A stretch of DNA of 64,000 nucleotides from Dehalococcoidia bacterium (GCA_963667465.2 CAXXDN010000002.1:1440001-1504000), one strand, 5' to 3'; positions 19,373 to 28,762 are shown, counted from the stretch's first letter. Notes: a model not told the origin generated them from the letters alone. A program made the numbers and translations.

Positions 19373-20560
19373 CTATTCGCGGGTGCAGATGAAGCTCGCC
19401 CCCATCGCGAACGGCCCAACCTCACAGAGCGCGACCTCGGCGTCCGCGATCTGGCGAGGACCGGCGGTGCCCATCATCTGGCGAGCGGTCTCCGCGACGT
19501 GGGCCATGCCGTGCAGGCGACCCTCACCGAGGTTGCCGCCGGAGGTGTTGAAGGGCTGGTCCCCGTCCAGCGCGAGGCGCTCGGCCGTCGCCCAGGCGTG
19601 GGCCTCGCCCTCGCCGCAGAAGCGGAAGGTCTCCATCCGCGTCCACATCATCGGGCTGAAGCCGTCGTAGAGGTGCAGGACGTCGACGTCCTCGGGGCCC
19701 AGGCCGGCGCTGCGATAGAGGTTCTCCGCGTGCAGCCCGTCCATCTCGTAGAGATCCTCGAGCGACTCGATGATCCCGCCGCGCTCGAGGTTGTGCGGCG
19801 TCATGGCGTGGCCGGCGATGTAGCCGCCGGGATGGGGCGTGCCACGTGCGCGATCCTCGGTTGTCATGATCACGGCGCCGGCGCCATCGACAGGCATGTC
19901 GTAGTCGAAGAGGCTCATCGGCCAGGAGATGATCCGGGCGTTGAGGTAGTCGTCGCGGGTGATCTCGCGCCCGTACCAGGCGGCGTTCTCGTTGAGCTGG
20001 GCGTGCGTGTGGGCGTTGAGCACGGCGTCCGCGAGCGCCTCGCGAGGCGCGCCGTACTTCTCGAGGTAGCGCTGGAAGTGGAGCGCCTGGCGCGGTCCGC
20101 CGCCGCCGTGGCCGTAAGGGACGGTGAACTGGTTCTCGCCGCCCGCGGTCGTCGCCGGGTTGTCGTGATAGCGGACGCCGGCGGGGTGGTGGAGCGCGCG
20201 GTAGACGAGGGCGTAGTCGCAGGCCCCGGCGGCGAGCGCGTTCGCGGCCTCGATCACGCTCGCGGCGATCATCGACCAGTTCGACTGGTTGAACCAGCGC
20301 ACGTTGGGGAGGCCGAGCATCCGCATCATGTAGGTCGCGGGGATGACGTCGTGGCCGACGATCCCGCGGTTGACCCCGAGCGGGTTCGGGTAGACGGCGA
20401 TGCCGTCGATCTGCGCCAGTTCGATGCCGGCGTCCGCCACCGCGTTCGTGACCGCCTCGTACGCGATGCTGCCGAGCGAACGAGGCGCATAGCGGTGGCA
20501 GGGGCTGTAGCCGACGCCGATAAAGCAGGGGCGCTTGCCAGGCGGGAATTCGATCGCCAT
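19373..20560 (-). CDS. Thiolase-superfamily (SCP2/Ltp2-like) protein
   Basis: DGAGAVIMT, LYDGFSP, NTSGGNLGEGRLHG. Confidence 0.88.
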   Translation of the reverse strand: MAIEFPPGKRPCFIGVGYSPCHRYAPRSLGSIAYEAVTNAVADAGIELAQIDGIAVYPNPLGVNRGIVGHDVIPATYMMRMLGLPNVRWFNQSNWSMIAASVIEAANALAAGACDYALVYRALHHPAGVRYHDNPATTAGGENQFTVPYGHGGGGPRQALHFQRYLEKYGAPREALADAVLNAHTHAQLNENAAWYGREITRDDYLNARIISWPMSLFDYDMPVDGAGAVIMTTEDRARGTPHPGGYIAGHAMTPHNLERGGIIESLEDLYEMDGLHAENLYRSAGLGPEDVDVLHLYDGFSPMMWTRMETFRFCGEGEAHAWATAERLALDGDQPFNTSGGNLGEGRLHGMAHVAETARQMMGTAGPRQIADAEVALCEVGPFAMGASFICTRE

Positions 20561-20564
20561 GGCG

Positions 20565-21032
20565 CTACCCCGCCGAATCTTTGCGCGCGGGCCGGAACTG
20601 CGGGAACACGATCTCGTCGCTCGCCCGCTCGAACACGACCTCGACGCCCATTCCGGCAGCGATCTCAGCGTAGTCGCAGTCGAGCAGGTTCGCGAGGACG
20701 AACAGCCCCGCCTGCTCCTCCAGCTCCACCATCACCACCGGGTACGGCGTCTTCTCCCCGAAGGCGCGGATGTCGGAGTCCTCGTGGATGTAGTAGCTGT
20801 AGACGGCGCCCCGTCCGCTCACCTCGGCGAACGCGAGATCCGCAGCCTCGTCGTGGCAGTTCGTGCAGAAGTAGACGGGCGGGTGGTGGAAGCGCAGGCA
20901 GCCCTGGCATTGCTGGATCGCGAGCGCCTCGCGGCGCGCGGCCTCCCAGTAGGGCTCGGTCAGCGCGTCCGGGGCCGGGAGCACGCGATACGGCGCCATC
21001 GTCTCCTTCTGCCCGCTCGGTCTGTCCACCAT
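20565..21032 (-). CDS. Zn-ribbon/OB-fold (DUF35-type) thiolase partner
   Basis: CQGC...CTNC, SGRGAVYSY, VELEEQ; alternative start at 20999. Confidence 0.88.
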   Translation of the reverse strand: MVDRPSGQKETMAPYRVLPAPDALTEPYWEAARREALAIQQCQGCLRFHHPPVYFCTNCHDEAADLAFAEVSGRGAVYSYYIHEDSDIRAFGEKTPYPVVMVELEEQAGLFVLANLLDCDYAEIAAGMGVEVVFERASDEIVFPQFRPARKDSAG

Positions 21033-21124
21033 CGCCCGGCCCCTCATTGCCCCGCGCGGCGCACGATACCGCCCGCAGGGGGATTGCGCTCGCGGGATGC
21101 CGTCGCAGCGAGGCTACTCCACCG

Positions 21125-21488
21125 CCCCTGGATTCCGGCGCCCCTGGATTCCGGCGCCCTGGATTCCGGCTTTCGCCGGAATGACGGTTCTGCAAGGGTC
21201 TCGCGAGGGGTGCGCGGGGGGCGTGAGCGGGGTGGATCCGGGCATCGGAGCGTCGTGCGCCCTCGACGGTCCGGGTGGGGGCGTGGGGGGCGCAGCCCCC
21301 ACAGCAAGAACATCCGAGGGCGGGCGGGTGGGCCAGAGCGGGGCGCAGCCCCCGCTTGTCCGGGCTGGGGGGGTGGGGTGTTGCGCTCCCCGCAGGCGAC
21401 GCGCGCATGCCCTCGCAGGGTCCGTTGCGCAACCGGCGGGCTGCGCCCGCACCCCCTCACCCTCACCCGCTCCCGCCGGGGGAGAGGG
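21125..21488. repeat. Composite repeat cluster: family C with triplicated arm, family A variant, family B
   Basis: CCCTGGATTCCGGC x3 (21125-21170); family A at about 21275-21375; CCCCTCACCCTCACCCGCTCCCGCCGGGGGAGAGGG at 21453-21488. Confidence 0.85.
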
Positions 21489-21510
21489 AACAGCAGGATG
21501 CGCGGCGAGG

Positions 21511-22548
21511 CTAGCGCTCGATGATCTCGAGGAAGCCGGGGCCGTCGTCGCGCGCGAGCTGCCCGAACGTGCAGTCCCCGGGATCCTTGTCGGGGCGGAA
21601 GCGCTCGAAGCGGGTGGCGTGGCGGAAGCGCCCACCGCTGATCTGGTCGTAGCTGACCTCCACGACGATCTCCGGCCTTACTGGCGTCCACGAGGTGTCG
21701 CGACCGCCGCTCCAGCGGCTCTCCGCGCCGGGCCGGCGCGCCTCCTCGCCAAAGCTGTCCCCGGCGGCCAGCGCCGAGAACTCCTCCAGCAGCGCGACCC
21801 GCTGCTCGTCCGGGAAGCCCGAGGTGTGGCCGACGAAGTGCATCGCCCCGGCCTCGTCGTAGAGCCCGAGCAGCAGCGAGCCGAGGCGGTCGCCCCGCTT
21901 GTGCAGCCGGTAGCCGCCGACCACAGCGTCGACGCTGCGGCGGCGCTTGATCTTCAACAGCTCGCGCTTGCCCGCGACGTAGCGCCCGTCGAGGCGCTTC
22001 GCGACGATGCCGTCGCAGCCGGCCGCCTCGAACTCCTCGAACCAGTGGCGCGCGGTCTCCGCGTCCTCCGTCGAGGGCGTGAGCCGCCACAGCTCCTCGA
22101 GGCCGCCGAGCAGCGCGGCGAGGCGCGCTCGGCGCTCGGCGAAGGGCTGCTCGCGCAGGTCCTCGCCCTCGTGGGCCAGCAGGTCGAAGGCAACGAGGCA
22201 GGCGGGCGTCTCCTCCGCGAGCCTCGTGATGCGCGACGCGGCGGGGTGGACGCGCTGCTGGAGCGCGTCGAAGTCGCTCGCATCGCCGATCACGACCAAC
22301 ACCTCGGCGTCGACGATGGTGCCCGAGGGCAGGGCCTCGAGGGCGGGCGCAAGCTCCGGGAAGTAGCGCAGCAGCGGTTTCCGGTTGCGGCTGTCGAGGC
22401 GCGCCTCGTGCGTCCCGCTGTCGGACCAGGCGAGGGCGCGGAAGCCGTCCCACTTGGGCTCGTAGGCCCAGCCGGGCGGCTCCGGCATGCGCTCGCGGAC
22501 GCGCGCCTCCATCGGGCTGATCGGTGGTTCGAATGGCCAGTCGGGCAT
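21511..22548 (-). CDS. ligC: ATP-dependent DNA ligase, LigC type
   Basis: YEPKWDGFR, RYFPEL, FDLL, GIVAKR, SLLLGLYD, YDQISGGRFRH; TGCTACCGT 6 nt before ATG suggests a leaderless mRNA. Confidence 0.92.
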   Translation of the reverse strand: MPDWPFEPPISPMEARVRERMPEPPGWAYEPKWDGFRALAWSDSGTHEARLDSRNRKPLLRYFPELAPALEALPSGTIVDAEVLVVIGDASDFDALQQRVHPAASRITRLAEETPACLVAFDLLAHEGEDLREQPFAERRARLAALLGGLEELWRLTPSTEDAETARHWFEEFEAAGCDGIVAKRLDGRYVAGKRELLKIKRRRSVDAVVGGYRLHKRGDRLGSLLLGLYDEAGAMHFVGHTSGFPDEQRVALLEEFSALAAGDSFGEEARRPGAESRWSGGRDTSWTPVRPEIVVEVSYDQISGGRFRHATRFERFRPDKDPGDCTFGQLARDDGPGFLEIIER

Positions 22549-22641
22549 GGCGGGACGGTAGCACGCTCGCGGGTGCTTGACGGGCGGGCGGCGGCCCTGT
22601 TCTATTGGAGTTGCAGGGAGCCGACGGGTTCCCGCGACGCA

Positions 22642-22778
22642 GCCGAACCTCGTTCGCGGATGGGACGGGGGCGGGGGAACCAACCGCAGGGGTGAATCCG
22701 GTGGCAACGAGGCGCTGAGCGGCCTCGCGCCCCCGGTAGGCGACCTAAGCGCCGAACCCGTCAGCTAACCCCGCAGGC
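22642..22778 (+). promoter_or_regulatory. Cyclic di-AMP (ydaO/yuaA) riboswitch aptamer
   Basis: GCCGAA...GCGGGGGAACCA...GGGGTGAATC...GTAGG...CCGAACCCGTCAGCTAACCCCGCAGGC matches the recalled consensus, with P1/P3 pairing intact. Confidence 0.9.
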
Positions 22779-22909
22779 GCACTTGGGGCGGCCCCCGCAG
22801 GGCCTGTCCGGCGCACAGCGCCCGGCAGGCAATCACGGTCGTTCCGGTATCGCCAACCCAGCACGTCGTGCGGCGTACCGCCGCGCGCGCAGCGATAGAG
22901 GAGGCCGCA

Positions 22910-24349
22910 ATGGCTATCGAGTCCCCCACCCAGCTTTCAGCCGTCCTGCCCGGCAACGGCGCGGCAGCCGAGGCCGCGGAAATCCTCGAGGAGCCGTACG
23001 AGGCGATCAACATCCGCAACTTCGAGAAGGTGCCGCAGATCCAGGGCATCGCCGAGGAGCTGCGCCAGGACATCCGTGTCGTCGCCCAGGTGCTGCCGTT
23101 CAAGTCCAACCGCTACGTGATGGACCACCTGATCGACTGGGACCGCGTGCCGGAAGACCCGATGTTCCGGCTCACCTTCCCGCAGCGCGACATGCTCGAC
23201 CCGGAGCACTACGACCAGATGGCCTCGCTGCTGGCAAGCGGCGCGGACAACGCCGAGGTGCGGGCGGCCGCGAACGAGATCCGGCTGACGCTCAACCCGC
23301 ACCCTGCCGGGCAGATGGAGCACAACGTGCCCATGCTCAACGGCAAGCCGCTGCAAGGCATGCAGCACAAGTACCGCGAGACCGTGCTGTTCTTCCCCAG
23401 CCAGGGGCAGACCTGCCACGCCTACTGCACGTTCTGCTTCCGCTGGCCGCAGTTCGTCGGCATGGAGGGCCTCAAGTTCGCGATGCGCGAGGGCGAGTTG
23501 CTGCGCGACTATGTCGAGGAGCACCCCGAGATCAGCGACATCCTCTTCACCGGCGGTGACCCGCTGATCATGAAGACACGGATCCTGCGCGGCTACATCG
23601 AGCCGCTGCTGGAGCCCGGCCGCGCCCCGAACATCTCGACGATTCGCATCGGCTCGAAGGCGCTCGCCTACTGGCCGCACCGCCTGATCTCCGACGACGA
23701 CGCCGATGAGCTGCTGGAGCTGTTCCGCAAGGTGGTCGCCTCCGGCCGCCAGCTGGCGATGATGTCGCACTTCAACCACCCCGTTGAGGTCGAGGCGCCG
23801 CCCGCCCTCGAGGCGATCCGCGTGCTGCGCGAGACCGGAGCGCAGATTCGGACCCAGACGCCGCTGCTGAAGCACATCAACGACGACCCGGACGCGCTCG
23901 CCCGGATGTGGCGGCTGCAGGCCCAGACGGGCTGCATCCCCTACTACCTCTTCGTGGCGCGCGACACCGGCGCGAAGCGCTACTTCGAGCTGCCGCTCTG
24001 GCGCTGCTGGGAGATCTTCCGCGAGGCCTACTCGAAGGTCAGCGGAGTCGCCCGCACCGTGCGCGGGCCCAGCATGTCGGCCACGCCCGGCAAGGTGCAG
24101 GTGCTCGGCGTCACCAGAGCGGCAGGCGAGCGCGTGATGGTGCTGCGCATGCTGCAGGGCCGCAACCCGGACTGGGTCGGCCGCCCCTTCTTTGCCCGCT
24201 ACAGTGAGACCGCGAGTTGGCTCGATGAGCTCGAGCCGGCCTTCGGTGACAGCGAGTTCTTCTACGACCGCGAACTGAACGAGCTGCTCGGTGGCGGCGG
24301 CAGCCCCTGGTCCAAGGACGAACTCTCACTGCCGCTCGTCGGCGGCTAG
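22910..24349 (+). CDS. KamA-family radical SAM protein (amino acid 2,3-aminomutase-like)
   Basis: QHKYRETVL, CHAYCTFCFR, FTGGDPL, HFNHPVE, PYYLF; RBS GAGGAGG; substrate unknown. Confidence 0.88.
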   Translation: MAIESPTQLSAVLPGNGAAAEAAEILEEPYEAINIRNFEKVPQIQGIAEELRQDIRVVAQVLPFKSNRYVMDHLIDWDRVPEDPMFRLTFPQRDMLDPEHYDQMASLLASGADNAEVRAAANEIRLTLNPHPAGQMEHNVPMLNGKPLQGMQHKYRETVLFFPSQGQTCHAYCTFCFRWPQFVGMEGLKFAMREGELLRDYVEEHPEISDILFTGGDPLIMKTRILRGYIEPLLEPGRAPNISTIRIGSKALAYWPHRLISDDDADELLELFRKVVASGRQLAMMSHFNHPVEVEAPPALEAIRVLRETGAQIRTQTPLLKHINDDPDALARMWRLQAQTGCIPYYLFVARDTGAKRYFELPLWRCWEIFREAYSKVSGVARTVRGPSMSATPGKVQVLGVTRAAGERVMVLRMLQGRNPDWVGRPFFARYSETASWLDELEPAFGDSEFFYDRELNELLGGGGSPWSKDELSLPLVGG

Positions 24350-24379
24350 CAGCGAGGCGCGCGACAGGGCCGGGCGAGG

Positions 24380-24763
24380 CTAGACGGGCGCGGCCCCTTC
24401 GGGGCCGCTACCCTCGCCTGAGCCGGCGATCGCCTCCGGCAGCTCCAGTTCGATACCGGTCGAGCCCGAGCCGGGTCCGCGCGGCTCGTGGCGCTCGAAG
24501 CGGCCGATCGGGATCGCCGGCATCGTCGTGATGTGCGCGCCGGCGCGCACGCCCAGCTCGAGCGAGAAGTTCGCGATCGACTCGTTGTCGCCGGCCTCGA
24601 CGACGCTCACGAAGTCGTACTCCCCGAGCACACCGTAGAGACCGAGCGTCTCGACGCCCTCGGCCTGGATCTCCGCCTCGATGCGCAGCAGGCGCTCGGG
24701 ATCCTCGAGCGAAGCCGCCCGGCCCTCGGGCGTCATCGTCAGCAGCAGGAAGTACGTCGCCAT
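24380..24763 (-). CDS. GYD domain-containing protein
   Basis: LYGVLGEYDFVSVVEA and typical size. Confidence 0.8.
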   Translation of the reverse strand: MATYFLLLTMTPEGRAASLEDPERLLRIEAEIQAEGVETLGLYGVLGEYDFVSVVEAGDNESIANFSLELGVRAGAHITTMPAIPIGRFERHEPRGPGSGSTGIELELPEAIAGSGEGSGPEGAAPV

Positions 24764-24906
24764 CGCCAGCTCCTCGTCGCCGGGCGCATTCTGACACGTC
24801 GCCTGCAGCGTTGCCTACGAGACAACCCGACGAGCCGCGGGGGCGCGGTATCATCGCCACGCGTCACCGTCGGCGAGACCGGACGGGGCGCACGGAGGAG
24901 GCCCGG

Positions 24907-26025
24907 ATGCGCTTCGGCGGTTTCAGCTTCGGCTCCTGGCATGAGAGCGAGAGCCACGGCGAGGTCCTCGCGCAGCTGGTCGAGCTCGCGGTGCAGTCCG
25001 ACCGCCTCGGCCTCGACAGCTTCTGGCTCGGCGAGCACCACTTCTCGCGTCACGGCATCCTCGCCGACACGATGGTGATGGCCGCTCACATCGCCGCGCG
25101 CACGGAGCGCATTCGCATCGGCACGGCGGTGATCGTGCTGCCGCTGCACAATCCCGTGCGCGTCGCCGAGCAGGTGGCGATCGTCGATCACCTCAGCCGC
25201 GGTCGCGTCGACGTGGGCGTCGGCATCGGCTACCAGCAACGCGAGTTCGCCGGCCTCGGCGTCGACATCGACGAAGCGCGTGCGCGCTTCATCGAGAGCC
25301 TCGACGTGCTGGTGGGCGCCTGGACCGACGAGCCGCTGGTCTACGAGGGCGCGCACCTGCGCATCGCCGCCGAGGACGCGATCACGGTCTACCCGAAGCC
25401 GCTGCAGCAGCCACACCCGCCGATCTACCAGGCCGTCAGCACCACCCCGGCCAGCATCGACCTCGCGGCGAGCCGCGGGCTGCCCGTCATCGTCGGCGGC
25501 CCGACCGACGTCCTCGGCCGCGCGCCCGAGGTGATCGCACACTGGCGCGAGCGGATGCGCGCACATGGCCGCGACCCCGAGGGCCACGACCTGCCCTGCC
25601 TGCAAAACGTCTTCGTCGCCGAGAGCGACGAGGCCGCGCATGCCGAACTCGAGCGCGTCGACGCCTCGTGGAGCCTGCGCGTCCTGCGCGAGGTCGGCTC
25701 GCCGATCGGGCACGACGGCAAGGTGCCGGAGGGCTACGAGCACTGGGTGCAGCGCTGGCAGCAGCGCGAGCTCGCCAGCGGCGACGCCGCTCGCACCGAC
25801 GTCCCGCAGCTCTTCGGATCGCCAGACACGGTCGCGGGGCAGGTGCAGGCGCTGCGCGACCAGGGCGTCGAGCACATCTTTGGGCGCTTCACCATCCCCG
25901 GCGTCCCGTTCGAACGGGTCCAGCGCTCACTCGAGCTGTTCGCGACGGAGGTCGCGCCGCGCTTCCGCGACGGCCGGCCCGCTCCGGCGCCCGCAGCCAT
26001 CGAGGCCGGCGCGGCGCCCGGCTAG
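24907..26025 (+). CDS. LLM class flavin-dependent oxidoreductase
   Basis: WLGEHHF, PLHNPVRVAEQ, PKPLQQPHPP. Confidence 0.92.
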   Translation: MRFGGFSFGSWHESESHGEVLAQLVELAVQSDRLGLDSFWLGEHHFSRHGILADTMVMAAHIAARTERIRIGTAVIVLPLHNPVRVAEQVAIVDHLSRGRVDVGVGIGYQQREFAGLGVDIDEARARFIESLDVLVGAWTDEPLVYEGAHLRIAAEDAITVYPKPLQQPHPPIYQAVSTTPASIDLAASRGLPVIVGGPTDVLGRAPEVIAHWRERMRAHGRDPEGHDLPCLQNVFVAESDEAAHAELERVDASWSLRVLREVGSPIGHDGKVPEGYEHWVQRWQQRELASGDAARTDVPQLFGSPDTVAGQVQALRDQGVEHIFGRFTIPGVPFERVQRSLELFATEVAPRFRDGRPAPAPAAIEAGAAPG

Positions 26026-26083
26026 CGATGACCGGGTAGCGACGCCCGGCCAGGGGCGCCTGACCAGGAGAGGAGCGGCCTCG

Positions 26084-27049
26084 ATGCGTTACGTGGTCAC
26101 GGGAGGCACGGGCTTCGTTGGTGCGTACGTCGTGCGCGACCTGCTGAGGGCTGGGCACAACGTCACCGTCTACGACCTCCAGCCCAACCTCGCGTTCCTC
26201 GAGGATGTGCTCGGCGAGCCGCCGCACGACGTGCGCGTCGTCTCCGGCGACGTGCGCGACCTGCCGCTGCTGCTGCGCACCTTCCGCGAGGCGCAGCCGG
26301 AGCGCGTCGTGCACCTCGCCTCGACGCTCGGCGCGGGCAGCGAGTTCAACCCGCTGCGCACGGTGCAGGTCAACATCGAGGGCACGATCCACGTCTTCGA
26401 GGCGGCGCTCGAAGCAGGCGCGGAGAAGGTCGTGTGGGCCAGCTCGATCGCCGTCTTCGGGCCGACCAGCGTGCGCTCCGGCGAGGGCATCGCGAACGAC
26501 GACTACCACGCTCCGGTGCGCCTCTACGGCGCGTGCAAGACCTTCCTCGAGCAGCTCACCCTCAACTACCGGCGCGAGCGGCAGCTCGACGCGGTCGGCC
26601 TGCGCTTCTCGATCGTCTACGGCTACGGCAAGGCGCTGACGGTCGAGCGCGGCAGCCGCGCCGTACACCTCACGGAGCTGATCGAGAAGCCGGCGATGGA
26701 CGAGCCCGCCGAGGTGCCCTACGGCGACGACGTGCAGAACCTCGTCTACGTCGAGGACGTCGCGCGCGCCGCCGTGCTCGCGAGCCAGACGCTCGGCACC
26801 GAGCCGGCCGGGCTCACCGTCGGCGGCGAGGACGTGGTCGTGCGAGACGCCGCCGCGATCGTACAGAAGCTGATGCCGGACGCGCAGATCACGGTGCTGC
26901 CCGGCATGCGCGACGGCTCGGCGGGCTACGACCTCTCGACGACCAGGGAGCAGATCGGCTACGAGCCGGCGTTCTCGCTGCGCGAGGGGCTGCGCCGCAC
27001 GATCAACGCGCTGCGCCTCAAGGCGGGCCTCCCGCAGATCGAGGCGTAG
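26084..27049 (+). CDS. NAD-dependent epimerase/dehydratase
   Basis: VTGGTGFVG, ASSIAVFG, YGACK. Confidence 0.9.
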   Translation: MRYVVTGGTGFVGAYVVRDLLRAGHNVTVYDLQPNLAFLEDVLGEPPHDVRVVSGDVRDLPLLLRTFREAQPERVVHLASTLGAGSEFNPLRTVQVNIEGTIHVFEAALEAGAEKVVWASSIAVFGPTSVRSGEGIANDDYHAPVRLYGACKTFLEQLTLNYRRERQLDAVGLRFSIVYGYGKALTVERGSRAVHLTELIEKPAMDEPAEVPYGDDVQNLVYVEDVARAAVLASQTLGTEPAGLTVGGEDVVVRDAAAIVQKLMPDAQITVLPGMRDGSAGYDLSTTREQIGYEPAFSLREGLRRTINALRLKAGLPQIEA

Positions 27050-27086
27050 CCAGCCTGCGACGAGCACGCGGAGACGGGAGGCGACC

Positions 27087-27767
27087 GTGGCAGCCGCCGA
27101 GTGGGGATACGCGGGGCCAATCGGGCCGGCGCACTGGGCGTCGCTGTCCGAGGCCTACGCAGCATGTGGCGGCGAGCAACAGTCGCCGGTGGACATCACC
27201 GGCTACGAGCGCGGCAACCGCGGTCCGCTCTCCTTCTCGTACGACGGTGACGCCTCCGCCGTGCGCAACGACGGCAAGGCCGTGCACGTGGACTTCGAGG
27301 CGGGGAACACCCTGACGTCGGGCGACCGCACCTACGAACTGGCGTCGCTGCACATGCACGCGCCCTCGGAGCACCGCGTCGAGGGGGCGGACTTCGCGGC
27401 CGAGCTGCACCTGGTCCACACCGACGCCGCCGACGACTTCGCGGTCGTGGCGCTGCTCTTCGAGCCAGGCGAGGCCAGCCCGATCGTGCAGGCGATCCTC
27501 GATGCCGCACCGGCGACGGGTGAGACCGTCAGCGGGGGCGTCGCCCTCAACGCGGCGGCCTTCGTCCCCGGGGGTGCGGCCTGCTACCACTACGACGGAT
27601 CGAAGACGACGCCGCCCTGCGACGAGGGCGTTGCCTGGCACGTCATGCACGACCCGCTGACAATCTCACAGGCGCAGGTCGACGCGCTGCTTGCCCTCGG
27701 TGGCGGGCCCACGAACCGCCCCATCCAGCCGCTCGGCGACCGCCGGATCGTGCTCGGGGACGCCTAA
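27087..27767 (+). CDS. Alpha-class carbonic anhydrase
   Basis: WGYAG, QSPVDI, HMHAPSEH, ELHLVH, TTPPC, NRPIQPL. Confidence 0.92.
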   Translation: MAAAEWGYAGPIGPAHWASLSEAYAACGGEQQSPVDITGYERGNRGPLSFSYDGDASAVRNDGKAVHVDFEAGNTLTSGDRTYELASLHMHAPSEHRVEGADFAAELHLVHTDAADDFAVVALLFEPGEASPIVQAILDAAPATGETVSGGVALNAAAFVPGGAACYHYDGSKTTPPCDEGVAWHVMHDPLTISQAQVDALLALGGGPTNRPIQPLGDRRIVLGDA

Positions 27768-28762
27768 CTCGCGGCCGCCGCCTTCTCCTCCTCGACCATG
27801 CGCTCGAGGTCCTCGAGGGTGAGCGCGCCCGGCTGCTTGTGCTCGCGCGCCATCCACGCCGAGGCGCGCTGGATCACGCGGTTGTAGGGCGTGGGTACGC
27901 CGGCGCCGATGCCGATCATCACGATCTCGCCGTTCAGGTAGTCCGTCTCGATCGTGCCTGTGGCGCGGATCAAGCTCTGCCAGCTCGAGTTGCCGAGCCG
28001 CGGGCTGTCGCCGATCGCCTCGGTCACGTAACCGTCCACGTCGCGGTGCTCCGCCTCCTCGGCCGGGCTGGCATAGTCGAGGTTTGCCGCGTCGTAGACC
28101 ATGAGCGCCTCCTTCACCAGCGCTCGCCGGAAGTCGTCCACGTCCACGTCGATACCGACGCAGCCGACGAGGCCGTTCGCGAGGTTGCGGATCAGCTTGG
28201 CGTACTTCCAGCGGGTGATCCGCGGCTCGACGCGCGAGGCGAAGTTGCAGCAGCGCAGGTCCTCGGAGACCTGCTCGATCAGTTCATCGCTGCCCTCCGG
28301 GTAGCGCCCGACGTCGAGCAGGCCACCGACAGGCCGGGCGTGGTTCTCGATCACGCCCGCCTCGAGGTAGGTGCCGGGCAGGCGGGCGACCATGCCGTAG
28401 ACGCGCGGGAAGCGGCGCAACGCACGGCGCTCGTTCTCGACGCCGTTCTGCGCGCAGATGATCGGCGGCTCGATCCCGCCCGTTGACGCCTCGAGGTCGA
28501 GCAGGGCGCCCTCGGTGTCCTGTGTCTTCATCCCGAGGATCACGACGTCGTCCCCGGTCCACTCGATCTCGTTCGGGTGGCCGACGGCGGGGATCTGCAG
28601 ATTGATCGTCCCGAGGTCGTGGGTGACGAACTCCAGGCCCCGCTCCTGGATCGCAGTCAGGTGGTCGCCGCGGCAGATCAGCACGGTGTCGTGCCCGCCG
28701 TGGAAGAGCCGGGCGCCAATCGTGGCGCCGACGCCTCCGGCGCCGTAGATGATGTAACGCAC
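27764..28762 (-). CDS. Ketopantoate reductase family protein
   Basis: YGAGGVG, KTQD, QNGV, KYAKL, ETDYLNGEI. Confidence 0.87.
   Translation of the reverse strand: MRYIIYGAGGVGATIGARLFHGGHDTVLICRGDHLTAIQERGLEFVTHDLGTINLQIPAVGHPNEIEWTGDDVVILGMKTQDTEGALLDLEASTGGIEPPIICAQNGVENERRALRRFPRVYGMVARLPGTYLEAGVIENHARPVGGLLDVGRYPEGSDELIEQVSEDLRCCNFASRVEPRITRWKYAKLIRNLANGLVGCVGIDVDVDDFRRALVKEALMVYDAANLDYASPAEEAEHRDVDGYVTEAIGDSPRLGNSSWQSLIRATGTIETDYLNGEIVMIGIGAGVPTPYNRVIQRASAWMAREHKQPGALTLEDLERMVEEEKAAAAS

Noticed and set aside
22642-22778. Lysine riboswitch, expected upstream of a KamA-like gene
   Set aside because: The sequence fits the c-di-AMP consensus rather than the L-box
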